Part shown: positions 1-9,791 of the stretch, in pieces | How positions within the stretch are numbered: position 1 is the first letter of the stretch | Layout: each line of letters begins with the position of its first letter | NCBI GenBank assembly: GCA_965140445.1 | Contig: OZ223236.1 | Span: 3,200,001 to 3,264,000 of the forward strand | Length of the DNA: 64,000 nucleotides | Source of the DNA: Candidatus Ozemobacteraceae bacterium | Lineage (GTDB): Bacteria; Muiribacteriota; Ozemobacteria; Ozemobacterales; Ozemobacteraceae | Direction of reading: 5' to 3' | Position numbers and translations under genes: made by a program | The notes under the pieces: model-generated | Databases searched by the model: none | What the model was told of the DNA's origin: nothing | The model's input: only the letters and a program-made list of their open reading frames with translations

Positions 1-780
1 CCAAATATTGGTGTTTTAAAAGCAATCAATGGGGGAGTCTTTCAACGTGATGACAATTCTGGAAACTTGACAGAGGTTTCAACATTTAGAATGGGGCAGT
101 ATGAAATAACTCAAGCACAATACATCGCGGTTACTGGTGCACCAAATCCAAGCTGGTGTGTTGCGCCAAATGTTTTACAGAACAATCTTAACAGACCTGT
201 AGAAAAATTAACCTGGTATGATGCCGTTGAATTCTGTAACAAATTAAGCGAGCTTGAAGGTTTGCCATTAGCATATACAATTACTGGAAGAGTTCCTGCT
301 TCTGGATACCCAATAACCGATGCTGTTGTAACTTTAACAGGAGAAAATGGTTATCGATTGCCTACAGATGCTGAATGGCAGTGGGCTTCTATGGGCGCTT
401 CCGATAAAAGGAAAAAGAAATTTTCAGGGTCTACTGGTAGCAATAAAATAGAAGATTATGCCTGGTTTTTTGATAATTCAGTTGATGGTTTATTGCCATC
501 TGATCCAGATTACGGGACTCACCAAGTTGGAACGAAATTGCCAAATGAATTAGGAATTTATGACATGAATGGAAATGTTGAAGAATGGTGCTGGGATTTG
601 TATGATTCTTATCCTGCTGGACAACTTGAAAACCCCAAGGGTGCCGCAGCATCATCATTTAGACTCGTGCGTGGTGGGAGCTGGATAAGCAACATGTCGC
701 GAACAGATGTTTCTTTTAGAAGGTATTTTTATCCAGGGGTGAAATTTGACTTTTATGGAATTAGGGTCATTCGTCAGTAA
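1..780 (+). CDS. Formylglycine-generating enzyme (FGE-sulfatase/SUMF1) domain protein, 5'-truncated by window edge
   Basis: Frame is open from base 1. Motifs YEITQAQY, RPVE.LTWYDAVEFCNKLS, GYRLPTDAEW, PNELGIYDMNGNVEEWCWD, RGGSW, GIRV. Confidence 0.9.
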   Translation, partial: PNIGVLKAINGGVFQRDDNSGNLTEVSTFRMGQYEITQAQYIAVTGAPNPSWCVAPNVLQNNLNRPVEKLTWYDAVEFCNKLSELEGLPLAYTITGRVPASGYPITDAVVTLTGENGYRLPTDAEWQWASMGASDKRKKKFSGSTGSNKIEDYAWFFDNSVDGLLPSDPDYGTHQVGTKLPNELGIYDMNGNVEEWCWDLYDSYPAGQLENPKGAAASSFRLVRGGSWISNMSRTDVSFRRYFYPGVKFDFYGIRVIRQ

Positions 781-788
781 GGAAAAAT

Positions 789-1190
789 ATGAAAACATTT
801 GTTGTTATTGTTACTCTTTTTTTAATTCTGCCTCATGGGATTGCTTTCGCCAAAAAAAGTAGTGCTACAAAAAATATGCTTGAAGATGCTAAGAAACTTA
901 GTTATGAAGGGCAAATTAATCGCGCTGAAGAACTAATGGGAAAACATGAAAAAGAATTGGCAGAAAAGAAAAAAAGTAGTGAAGATAGCAGCATGAATTC
1001 AATGATGCTTTCAATGATTTGGGGAGCAATCGGCACCGGGTATTTTATTTATGGTAAAAAACAGGCCAGAGCTATGTTTCTTCTTTGCGGAATTGGCCTT
1101 TGTGTTTTTCCAATGATTTTATCAGGAATAACCCTTAGTATAATACTTGGTTTAATTCTTTCTATAGCACCTTTTAAGATAGAAATTTGA
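789..1190 (+). CDS. Hypothetical membrane protein with N-terminal signal peptide
   Basis: 133 aa ORF; signal-like N-terminus; C-terminal hydrophobic helices around WGAIGTGYFIYGKKQ. Confidence 0.7.
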   Translation: MKTFVVIVTLFLILPHGIAFAKKSSATKNMLEDAKKLSYEGQINRAEELMGKHEKELAEKKKSSEDSSMNSMMLSMIWGAIGTGYFIYGKKQARAMFLLCGIGLCVFPMILSGITLSIILGLILSIAPFKIEI

Positions 1191-1215
1191 TTTAAAGATT
1201 TTAAAGGATGTTAGA

Positions 1216-1668
1216 TTGAGAAGAAAAGATCGCAGTATTTCCGAAAATGAAGCCCAACAAATACTAATTAAAGGCGAATACGGTGTCCTTTCCCTGGCAA
1301 AGGGGGAGGTTGCTTACGGTATTCCGCTGTCATATTGCTATCATGAAAGAAGTATCATATTTCATTCTGCAATTGAGGGAAGAAAAATTGTTTTTTTAAC
1401 AGAAAACCCCAGATGCTCTTTTTGTGTAGTTGGTGAAACAAAAACTTTACCAGAATCCTTTGGGACCTGCTACCAAAGTGCGATTGTTGAAGGAACCGTT
1501 TTTGAGCTTTTTAATAAAGAAAAGATAAATGGTCTCATGAAATTAGTGGAAAAATATTCTTCGGATTTCATAGATCAAGGCAAAGAATACATTTTGAAAA
1601 AAGAGAAAAATACGCGTGTTTTCATAATTAAAAATATAGTTATGAGCGGAAAAGCCAGAAAGTTTTAA
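1216..1668 (+). CDS. Pyridoxamine 5'-phosphate oxidase-like flavin-binding protein (NimA family)
   Basis: MRRKDR..., GEYGVLSL, YGIPLSY, FHSAIEGRK, NPRCSFCVV. Confidence 0.85.
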   Translation: MRRKDRSISENEAQQILIKGEYGVLSLAKGEVAYGIPLSYCYHERSIIFHSAIEGRKIVFLTENPRCSFCVVGETKTLPESFGTCYQSAIVEGTVFELFNKEKINGLMKLVEKYSSDFIDQGKEYILKKEKNTRVFIIKNIVMSGKARKF

Positions 1669-1729
1669 TGTTTTATATTTCAATTTAAAAAATACAGCAC
1701 TAAATTAATAATCAAAGGAAAAGCATTAG

Positions 1730-3373
1730 TTGAAAAACAAAACCAGCCTCATTGAAAAACTTTTTTTAGACTTAGTTACAACCAGAAGCGACACTAATAC
1801 ATTATTTGAATGTGATATTGAAGAAGTCATTTTCAATTGGCTGGCTGAATTACCATATTTTATAAAATTTCCAGACAGATTAGGCACCAAGATTATAATT
1901 AATGATGCTTTTCATCGAAAAGTAGTTTGGTCGCTTGTTAAAGGAAAAGGAAGCAAAACAATAGTTCTTATTCATCATCACGACGCTGTAGGAACAGAGG
2001 ATTATGGCAAATTACGACCTTTTTCCTTATTGCCGGATGATTTGTTTGAAAAGCTAAAAAACCGAAAGTTATCACCAAATGTTAAAAAGGATTTAGATTC
2101 AGGGGAATGGATTTTTGGAAGAGGAACTGCTGATATGAAGGCAGGAGCAGCGATTCAAATGGCTTTAATTGAAAAATTTTCCTGCGCCCCTGACTTCGAT
2201 GGGAACCTTCTTTTGCTAAGCGTTCCAGACGAAGAATCTTTATCTAGGGGAATGCTAACTGCATCTGAATTAATGCAAGAGCTTAAATCTACTTTTGATC
2301 TTGATTTTATTTTAACCATTAATTCCGAGCCTTATTTCAATAATTCTGGAAAAAAAGCAATAATGCATGAAGGTTCTGTTGGCAAAATAATGCCTGTTGT
2401 CTATGTAAAAGGCGTTAAAAGCCATATTGGCGACCCATACAATGGGATAAATCCATCTTTTATTTTAGCTAATATTCAACGATACACAGAACTTAATGTA
2501 AAACTGTGCGATCGAATTAATGATGATGCAACTCCTCCTCCTATTTGGGTAAATTTAAAGGATAGGAAGAGATTTTACGATGCTTCTATCCCAGAGGCTG
2601 CTACAGGGTATTTTAACTGGCTTACCTTTACCAGATCTCCTGTTAAAATTCTTGAAACCCTTACTTCTATTTGTGAAGATGCTCTCAGAGATACTATTAA
2701 GCATTTTAAATATTCAAGACAAGAGTTTTATGAACTGATTCCCGATAAACCAGACTCAATTGAATTTGAGCCTAGAGTTATGGATTTTAAAACTCTATTC
2801 CTGGAAGCGGTAGAAAATGGCGGGAAAGAATTTGAGGAAAGCTACCTTCAGTTTGAAGAAGAGATTAAAATTCTTTTTGAAAAGAATATTATTACACTCC
2901 CGGAAGCAACCCTTCGACTTCTAGAATTTACGGCAGATTCGCTGGACATTGATGAACCAACAGTTGTGATAGCTATTTCTGGACCATATTATCCGCACAT
3001 TTCAAATATACTGTTAAAAGATGGAGAGAAATTTGATTTGCATCGTCGGGTAAATGAATATTCTCTAAAAAACTTTGGGGTGGAATATCAGTCCCAATCT
3101 TATTTTATGGGCATTTCTGATTTATCATATGCTTCCTGGGTCGGCAGTGATGCCGATGTTATGGCAATAAAAACCAACAGTCCTGGCTGGGATACCATTT
3201 ATAAAATACCTTTTAAAGCAATTCAGAGCATGAAGTCTCCTGTCGTAAACATTGGCCCATGGGGCAAAGACCTTCATAAACCGACTGAAAGAGTTTTTAA
3301 AAAGGATGTCCTGGAAAGAATTCCCTCAATATTATCAACTTTGATCACTGATATCTTAAAAATTTCCAACTAG
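1730..3373 (+). CDS. rocB: M20 family metallo-hydrolase, arginine utilization protein RocB-like
   Basis: HHDAV, GRGTADMKAG, PDEE, GSVGKIMP, YFMGISDLSY, NIGPWGKDLHKPTER; 547 aa. Confidence 0.8.
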   Translation: MKNKTSLIEKLFLDLVTTRSDTNTLFECDIEEVIFNWLAELPYFIKFPDRLGTKIIINDAFHRKVVWSLVKGKGSKTIVLIHHHDAVGTEDYGKLRPFSLLPDDLFEKLKNRKLSPNVKKDLDSGEWIFGRGTADMKAGAAIQMALIEKFSCAPDFDGNLLLLSVPDEESLSRGMLTASELMQELKSTFDLDFILTINSEPYFNNSGKKAIMHEGSVGKIMPVVYVKGVKSHIGDPYNGINPSFILANIQRYTELNVKLCDRINDDATPPPIWVNLKDRKRFYDASIPEAATGYFNWLTFTRSPVKILETLTSICEDALRDTIKHFKYSRQEFYELIPDKPDSIEFEPRVMDFKTLFLEAVENGGKEFEESYLQFEEEIKILFEKNIITLPEATLRLLEFTADSLDIDEPTVVIAISGPYYPHISNILLKDGEKFDLHRRVNEYSLKNFGVEYQSQSYFMGISDLSYASWVGSDADVMAIKTNSPGWDTIYKIPFKAIQSMKSPVVNIGPWGKDLHKPTERVFKKDVLERIPSILSTLITDILKISN

Positions 3374-3405
3374 CTTTAAACCATTAATTTAATGTGTCTG
3401 CTTCA

Positions 3406-3434
3406 TTGCCACTAATGGTAAATTCATCTATAAT
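3406..3434 (+). promoter_or_regulatory. Sigma-70-type promoter 7 nt upstream of the ATG at 3442
   Basis: TTGCCA-17 nt-TATAAT. Confidence 0.65.
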
Positions 3435-3441
3435 AAGGGCT

Positions 3442-4566
3442 ATGAAGCAAATACTATGTCTTTCAATAATTCTGATACTGTCATTTTCAATCGGCTGTGG
3501 AAGCAGCGGTGGATCTAGTAACCCTGTAAGTTCAGTTGTTTCACCCTCAATAACCACAATTTCGCCTCTGACAGGCGGACCAGGTACGATTGTTTCAATT
3601 CAGGGGACAGGTTTTGGAGCTATTCAAGGATCTGGTTTTGTAAGTTACGGTGGAATAACAGTTCAACCGAGTAGTTGGAGCAATACTCTTATTACTGTAA
3701 CTATTCCTCAAAATGCTACATCAGGTGGCTCATTTATTGTAAGTGTTGGGGGTGTTTCATCAAACTCCAGTCCTCAATTTACCCAAAGTAGCCCGACAAT
3801 TTCTTATATTTCTCCTGCCTCTGGTAATCCAGGTATTCAAGTCGTTATAACCGGGCAATATTTTGGAACTTCCCAGGGGAGTTCCTACGTAGCATTTAAT
3901 GGACAACAAGCTCAAATTATTAATTGGAGTTCAACTGCAATTACATGCCTTGTTCCAAACTTTTCTAGTGCTCAAACCGGTAGTTTACCCGTTGTAGTCT
4001 GGTTAGACGGAACCAAAATGTCTAATACTTCTACCTTTTCTTTAACCTATCCGGCAATAACAAGTGTTAGTCCCAGCGCCGATAATATTGGTGCAACAAT
4101 CAGCATTTATGGTCAGGGGTTTGGACAAAATCAATCTTTGGTAAATGGTTCTGTTTTAATCGGTGGTTCAAATGCTCAAGTTGTCAATTGGGGTGAAAAT
4201 TTTATTCAAGCCAAAATACCTCAGATATCCGGTTCAGGGGCTAAGGCGATTGTGGTAAATGTTAGTGGAAAACAAATTACTAACAGCATTCGGGTAGAAG
4301 CCCCAATTGCTAATAGTCATAGTCCAAATCCTGCTGATAATGGAAGCTTGCTAACTATTTCAGGAGCTTATTTTGGTAATTCAAGTGATGATGTAAGTAG
4401 AAGTGTCTCAATCCAGGATTATGGAGTTGTTACGGGTGTAAACTATTACGATAACTCCCTGAGTTTTACATGGCCAATTTCAAACAGTCTATTTGGAACT
4501 CAAACAAAGACAGTAACTATAAGCATTGGTGGTTTATCCACAAATTTTACAGTTACTGCTAACTAA
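3442..4566 (+). CDS. IPT/TIG repeat lipoprotein (about four Ig-like domains)
   Basis: Lipobox-like SIGC then a Ser/Gly linker; repeated P.IT.ISP..G..G..V.I.G..FG and WS...I units. Start moved to ATG 3442. Confidence 0.85.
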   Translation: MKQILCLSIILILSFSIGCGSSGGSSNPVSSVVSPSITTISPLTGGPGTIVSIQGTGFGAIQGSGFVSYGGITVQPSSWSNTLITVTIPQNATSGGSFIVSVGGVSSNSSPQFTQSSPTISYISPASGNPGIQVVITGQYFGTSQGSSYVAFNGQQAQIINWSSTAITCLVPNFSSAQTGSLPVVVWLDGTKMSNTSTFSLTYPAITSVSPSADNIGATISIYGQGFGQNQSLVNGSVLIGGSNAQVVNWGENFIQAKIPQISGSGAKAIVVNVSGKQITNSIRVEAPIANSHSPNPADNGSLLTISGAYFGNSSDDVSRSVSIQDYGVVTGVNYYDNSLSFTWPISNSLFGTQTKTVTISIGGLSTNFTVTAN

Positions 4567-4628
4567 CAAAGGTATATAGCGGGAATTAACTGACCGATAA
4601 AGCTTTTTAAATTCCCGAGAAAAGTTCG

Positions 4629-5897
4629 TTAAACTTCTATTGGGGCGAGAAATTCAATTAATTCTGAATTTCCACCAATTTTTGCAATGTCTTTTATGCT
4701 CTGCCCGGCAGCATTTCTGGCTTTTGGATCTGAACCGGCAAAAATTAAACTTCTTACCATCTCAATCTTTTGGTCTTCAACTGCATGCAGCAAGGCGGTA
4801 TTTCCGGAGTTGTCTATTCTATCAACTAGCACTCCTGATTCCATCAAAAGGAGAAAAACTTCAAAATGGTTTTCTATAACAGACCTGATAAGGGGTGTAT
4901 GACCAAGTAAACCTTTAATCTCTGGATCAGCTCCATTTTTTAAAAGAAGCTTTAAAATATCTACGTGGCCTAAATTAACAGCCATTAAAAGAGGAAAAGT
5001 GTTTTGCGATGGTTCAAAGTGATGAATATCTGACCCATGTTGAATTAAAAATTCTGCTGCGGATAAATTATTGGCTTGTACAGCTCTAAGCAGAAGATTA
5101 AAGCCCTGAGAATCAATTTCTCTTACTAAATCAGGATATGCAGTAACTAGTTGAATCAGTTCTGGTAACCTGTTGTTAGTGACATATTCGCTGCCTTTTT
5201 CGATTAGTTCGGAGGGTTCAAATTCCAATTCTATGGATGCAATTCCTTCAAGTAATTCTACAATTCTATTTCTTTCCATGCCTTCAGGAGGATTATCTAT
5301 ATAACGGCTTAGATCCTCAAGGCTATCATGTAAAATACTGGCAACCGTTCTGCTTTTTGATTGGATATAATTCGCCATTAGGCATTCAAGGCCCTGAATA
5401 AAAAGCACTGGTATGTCATTACTTTTTCCCGTTCCTGTTAAGAACCTGGCAAAGCTGAAGTTTAAACGATTCTGCTTTAGACGTTCAAAATAAATGCAAG
5501 CATTTTGCGCATTTTGAACTCTTACAAGCATATCTTTTTCTTTAAAAGAAAAAGCCCATGAGTTTCTGGCAAGCTTTAAAGTCAGTTCTACATCTTTTAA
5601 TCTACAGGCTAATTCAGCTGAAACCGAAGTCATATATGCAATTTGATCAAAGCGCATGGAGTAGGGGTGTTTTTCAGCTGAGATGAAAAGGGAAAGAGCT
5701 TCCTTGTCGCTCTTTTTTTCTACAAGATTTAGAAACTCATAAAACCTTTGCCAACCAAGAAAAACGGGATCTACGGGGGGCGTTTTTAATAGTTCAAGCT
5801 TAAAAAGCTGGGAAAGTTTTAAACTTTGATCAAATTTCTTACTTTTAAATGCGTTAGATATTTGATCCATGAATTCTGCAAATTTCTTTTGTTCCAT
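4629..5897 (-). CDS. Ankyrin repeat protein with helical N-terminal region
   Basis: C-terminal repeats GFNLLLRAV, FPLLMAV..GH.DILKLLLKNGAD, GHTPL, GNTALLHAV. Confidence 0.85.
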   Translation of the reverse strand: MEQKKFAEFMDQISNAFKSKKFDQSLKLSQLFKLELLKTPPVDPVFLGWQRFYEFLNLVEKKSDKEALSLFISAEKHPYSMRFDQIAYMTSVSAELACRLKDVELTLKLARNSWAFSFKEKDMLVRVQNAQNACIYFERLKQNRLNFSFARFLTGTGKSNDIPVLFIQGLECLMANYIQSKSRTVASILHDSLEDLSRYIDNPPEGMERNRIVELLEGIASIELEFEPSELIEKGSEYVTNNRLPELIQLVTAYPDLVREIDSQGFNLLLRAVQANNLSAAEFLIQHGSDIHHFEPSQNTFPLLMAVNLGHVDILKLLLKNGADPEIKGLLGHTPLIRSVIENHFEVFLLLMESGVLVDRIDNSGNTALLHAVEDQKIEMVRSLIFAGSDPKARNAAGQSIKDIAKIGGNSELIEFLAPIEV

Positions 5898-5900
5898 TTT

Positions 5901-6308
5901 TTAGTCCACGTACCCATGATCGTCGCCTGAAGTGGTTTTAAAACAAGTTACCTTTAAATTTTCAGACTCGTCGGTTACGGCATAGCTGCCGCCTGAAGGA
6001 CATTTATAAAGCTTTTTTAAATATCCCATTTCAAATAAAGTTTTTACGGTTAAATTTTTTCCACTAAGGTTAGAGTTCTCCATTTGAGCTAGAACTGCTG
6101 CTTGCTGAATAATTCTTAGGTTTTCTCTACAAGAAGTTTTTCTAACTTTTCGTCTGATATTCCCAAAACTATAAGCAGCCAGAGCCATTAGGATTCCAAT
6201 AACTCCAATAACTATTAATAGCTCAATCAATGTAAAACCCTTTCTGGGTTGCTTTTGAATGTGCTTAGCGGGGTTGAAAAAATTTAAATCAATGGTTTTA
6301 CTTAACAT
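5901..6308 (-). CDS. Prepilin-type N-terminal cleavage/methylation domain protein (type IV pilin/pseudopilin)
   Basis: RKG|FTLIELLIVIGVIGIL class III signal; GYLK..KCPSGGSY and C-terminal Cys. Confidence 0.9.
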   Translation of the reverse strand: MLSKTIDLNFFNPAKHIQKQPRKGFTLIELLIVIGVIGILMALAAYSFGNIRRKVRKTSCRENLRIIQQAAVLAQMENSNLSGKNLTVKTLFEMGYLKKLYKCPSGGSYAVTDESENLKVTCFKTTSGDDHGYVD

Positions 6309-6435
6309 ACAATGCTAGATTATAGTTAATATTGGCATTAGTTCAAGACTTTTATGAATTAATTTCAGGTTGAAGAATTCATTCAATAATATTATTCTTT
6401 TCTGGTATCAAAAAGTTTAACTGGGGAGGTCCAAC

Positions 6436-7482
6436 ATGAGCATTACTGGAAAACTAGTTTTGAAGGTTTTAGAAACAGGTCTAGTGCCAGAAAAAGTTAC
6501 TTCATTATGGATAAGAAATTTGTTAAAAAATGCTTCTAAAAGAGCCTCTCTTGGTGAAACAGAAGCAAGACATGCCATTTTCAGGCAGATATTGAAGGAC
6601 CTTAAATTGGGAATTCCTCTAAAAAAACATACTGTTGCTGAAGAAGAAAAGCATGAAATGGGTGCGGATTTTTTTGAACTTTTCCTTGGTGGAAGAATGC
6701 AAACCAGTTGCTGTTATTTTCCAACTGGTGCTGAAACGTTAGATGAAGCAGAAGATACCATGTTGTGGATGACAGCAGACAGAGCCGGAATAAGAGAAGG
6801 AATGAAAATTCTGGATCTTGGTTGCGGCTGGGGTGAAGCTACCTTATGGCTGGCAGCAAATTTCCCTGGCGCCAAAATTACTGCTGTTACAAATTCAGTA
6901 AACAAAAGAATTCATATTCAAAAGAAAATTAATGAAAAAGGTATTAAAAACATCGAAGTTCTGGTTTCTGAATTCGATGAATTGCCAATAAATGAAAAAT
7001 TTGACAGGATCCTTTGCATTGAGAGATTTCAAGAATTTTTTAAATTACCAAACTGGGAAAATAAGATTTTAGAGCTCTTAAATAGCAATGGAAAACTCTT
7101 TCTGCAGGTTCAGGCTCATAACCAATTGGCTTATTATAATGATTCAGTCGGGTTGGACATTCTTCCCGGACAAACGATTGGGCAAACCAGTATTGTTCCA
7201 TCGACGGAAATGATTCTTCACTTCCAAAGAGATTTATCAATCGAGGACCAATGGAAAATTTCAGGAGTCCAATATGCCCAGACAGCCCGTAAGTGGCTAA
7301 AACGTTTTTATGCTAACAGGTTAGATCTATTGCCGGTTTTAGAGAAAACCTATGGAAAAAGAATGGCTTGGATCTGGTTCCAACGATGGAAGCTGTATCT
7401 TTTATCATTAATAGAACAATTTGGCTTCAATCGTGGGCAAGACTGGCTTGTCGGTCAGTATCTGTTCACCCCTAAAAAGTAA
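6436..7482 (+). CDS. Class I SAM-dependent methyltransferase (cyclopropane-fatty-acyl-phospholipid synthase-like family)
   Basis: SCCYF, LDEAE..ML, ILDLGCGWG, W.ISG..YA.TA..WL, C-terminal WFQRW...GQDW; GGAGG RBS. Confidence 0.85.
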   Translation: MSITGKLVLKVLETGLVPEKVTSLWIRNLLKNASKRASLGETEARHAIFRQILKDLKLGIPLKKHTVAEEEKHEMGADFFELFLGGRMQTSCCYFPTGAETLDEAEDTMLWMTADRAGIREGMKILDLGCGWGEATLWLAANFPGAKITAVTNSVNKRIHIQKKINEKGIKNIEVLVSEFDELPINEKFDRILCIERFQEFFKLPNWENKILELLNSNGKLFLQVQAHNQLAYYNDSVGLDILPGQTIGQTSIVPSTEMILHFQRDLSIEDQWKISGVQYAQTARKWLKRFYANRLDLLPVLEKTYGKRMAWIWFQRWKLYLLSLIEQFGFNRGQDWLVGQYLFTPKK

Positions 7483-7488
7483 AATTTG

Positions 7489-7917
7489 TTATTTTAACAT
7501 TTCATATGCTTTATTAATTTCAATTGTTTTTTCCATGGCCAGAGTTTTCAATTCTGGGCCGAGGTTCTCTACTTTATCGGGATGATACTCGCTTACTTTC
7601 TTTTTGTAGGCAGATTTTATTTCCTGTTGAGAAGCTGTTTTTTCTAGCTCTAATACTTTATATGGATCAAAGCTTTTTTCAACTGAAGAAAAGTTTTCTT
7701 TAGAATTTTTATGATTGGAATTTCCATTATTTTTGTATCTAAAATCGTTTATTAATGGCTTGAAAAAGAATAAATAAACTAAAAAGAAAGCTATCAAAAG
7801 GTCATCTGTTCTTCCAATTGGTCCAATAAAATCAGGTAAAAAATCAATTGGGCTAAAAAAATAAACCACGGCAAAAATCGTTATTAGAACAATTTTTGCC
7901 GTGGAATAAGGTTTCAT
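7489..7917 (-). CDS. DUF1232 (YkvA-like) membrane domain fused to C-terminal DnaJ domain
   Basis: SPIDFLPDFIGPIGRTDD; DPYKVLEL...IKSAYKK...YHPDK...INKAYE. Start moved to ATG 7917, just after the upstream stop. Confidence 0.85.
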   Translation of the reverse strand: MKPYSTAKIVLITIFAVVYFFSPIDFLPDFIGPIGRTDDLLIAFFLVYLFFFKPLINDFRYKNNGNSNHKNSKENFSSVEKSFDPYKVLELEKTASQQEIKSAYKKKVSEYHPDKVENLGPELKTLAMEKTIEINKAYEMLK

Positions 7918-7918
7918 T

Positions 7919-8650
7919 TTAATCTCTAGATCTAAGTTTTGAAAGAAGTCTAAGTATTTCAAGATACAACCAAACGATTGTAACCATAATGCCAAATGCT
8001 GAATACCATTCTAAATATTCTGGCGCGCCATTTTGAACACCTTGATTGACTCTTTCGAAATCTAAGAGAAGATTAAGAGCAGCAACACCTACGATTACAA
8101 GGCTGATAACAATACCCATTGGCCCAGTAGAAGCAAAAGGCGATGCAAAGCCAAACATTCCAAGTAACATTGAGCCCAGATAAGCAAAAAATATCCCCGC
8201 AGTAGCAGTGATTATACCAGCTTGAAAGCGAGCAGTAACTTTTATCAGTCCTGTTTTATATGCAAACAACATACAACCAAGCGTTCCAAAAGTTAGCAAC
8301 AAAGCATGAAATACAATTCCATTATAAAGCATGGCATAAGCGGCTGAAATTGCGCCGAGAAGGAGTCCTTCAAAAACGGCGTAAATTGGGGCAAAGAAAC
8401 GCGCATTTTGTTTCATGAAAATTGTAAGTAAGGAAAAAATTAAGCTTCCCCCAAATCCTACCATCATAAGTTCTTTTGCGGTGCCGGGAGCTTCAAAACT
8501 ATATCGCCATGTAATACTTGCCGCAAAAAATAGCAAGATAAACAGAAAACCGGTTTTGTTAACGGTTCCCTGGAAAGTCATAGCATGTGATGATGAGGAT
8601 TGAGCTGCATCATACAAGTTTGAGTTAAAAACAGGATTTGAATTTCTCAT
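7919..8650 (-). CDS. Bax inhibitor-1/YccA family membrane protein
   Basis: SNPVF, MTFQGTVNKT, YAVFEGLLLG, LNLLLDF, EWYSAFG.MVTIVWLYLEILRLL; about 7 TM helices. Confidence 0.9.
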   Translation of the reverse strand: MRNSNPVFNSNLYDAAQSSSSHAMTFQGTVNKTGFLFILLFFAASITWRYSFEAPGTAKELMMVGFGGSLIFSLLTIFMKQNARFFAPIYAVFEGLLLGAISAAYAMLYNGIVFHALLLTFGTLGCMLFAYKTGLIKVTARFQAGIITATAGIFFAYLGSMLLGMFGFASPFASTGPMGIVISLVIVGVAALNLLLDFERVNQGVQNGAPEYLEWYSAFGIMVTIVWLYLEILRLLSKLRSRD

Positions 8651-8680
8651 TTTCTTATCTCCTAATTTAGAGTCATTTAC

Positions 8681-9691
8681 TTAAATTGATTTAAAACTTT
8701 CAGTTTCTTTCAAACCCTCTTCCAGGTTCTCCAGATCAGTTCTAATTGATTTAATATCTTTAAAAATTTTGTCAGAAGAAGCCTGGAGAGTTTGAATATC
8801 TGCAAATTTCAAGGCATTCAACTTGTCCATCATGGAGCTAAACATTTCTGATATCTGAAGTCTTTGAGCCTTTATTCTTTGAAGACAAACTTCAAGTTTT
8901 TCCAATTCAGCAATTCGACTGATTTTCATTTCAAGAGCAGAAGAAAGCTGTTGTTTTACCACCTCATCTTTTGCATCCTTAATTTCAATTTCAAGATTTT
9001 CTTTTTCATGGTGAAGTTTATTTTTATCAGTAGTCTTTAAAAAGCCGCCTAGATGAGCGCTCCTCATTAGAGTTCTGGCATGGTCTTTTTGTAATTGCTC
9101 CATTTGGTTTAGATTTTCAGTCAAAGAATTCCTTAAATTTTCTGGCGACTCCTTGATAAAAGTTTTAACCTTATCCATTTCCTGGCTAATATTTTGAAAC
9201 TCACGCATATGATTATCTTCTATATATTCTTGACCACGATTCTCACCAGAAAGTTTCAAAATATTTTTCTTAAGCTGGGTTTTGTTAAAATTTAATGCCA
9301 TTCCTGCTGCTCCAGAAGCTATTCCCTTAACGGTAACCCCCTTGAGGAAGGCAAACATAATAATCGTTGTCAAAATTGTCGCACCTGAAGCGACAGTTAA
9401 GCCCGCACTTAAAATGATATAAGGGCAATAAACAGTTGCAAGCCCCCCAAAGATATAGCTTGCGTCTCTATCCCGGTAGGATAAAACGATTAAAACAAAT
9501 GTTAAGAGCCAAAAAAAGAGGGTAGATTCGCTAGATACCTCTTTGACCAGCTTAATCATCAAGTAATAATTGACAGAAAAACCACAGATGGAAGCAAGGG
9601 TCCTAATGATCTTACCATTGTCCACATTTTCTTCGATTTGAATTTCTCTTTTGGGTATTTTGCTTATTTGAGTTTTTTGAGAAGTATCCAC
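8681..9691 (-). CDS. Hypothetical membrane protein with long C-terminal coiled coil
   Basis: 336 aa; about 4 N-terminal TM segments followed by a heptad-rich charged helical region. Confidence 0.75.
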   Translation of the reverse strand: MDTSQKTQISKIPKREIQIEENVDNGKIIRTLASICGFSVNYYLMIKLVKEVSSESTLFFWLLTFVLIVLSYRDRDASYIFGGLATVYCPYIILSAGLTVASGATILTTIIMFAFLKGVTVKGIASGAAGMALNFNKTQLKKNILKLSGENRGQEYIEDNHMREFQNISQEMDKVKTFIKESPENLRNSLTENLNQMEQLQKDHARTLMRSAHLGGFLKTTDKNKLHHEKENLEIEIKDAKDEVVKQQLSSALEMKISRIAELEKLEVCLQRIKAQRLQISEMFSSMMDKLNALKFADIQTLQASSDKIFKDIKSIRTDLENLEEGLKETESFKSI

Positions 9692-9752
9692 CTGGCTGTC
9701 TCCCTAATTATTTGTCACATTCTACAACATTTTAGGTAATGTTAAAATAGGA

Positions 9753-9781
9753 AACATGAGCTGCACAAGGCAGCTCATGTT
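9753..9781 (-). terminator. Hairpin downstream of the VIT-vWA gene
   Basis: AACATGAGCTGC-acaag-GCAGCTCATGTT, a perfect 12-bp inverted repeat; U-tract is weak. Confidence 0.55.
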
Positions 9782-9791
9782 ATATCTTTAT

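Noticed and set aside
1..780. FGE-sulfatase (CLec-fold) gene as a diversity-generating retroelement target
   Set aside because: This fold is a known DGR target, but I found no template repeat resembling its 3' end and no reverse transcriptase in the window. Sequence upstream of the window cannot be assessed.
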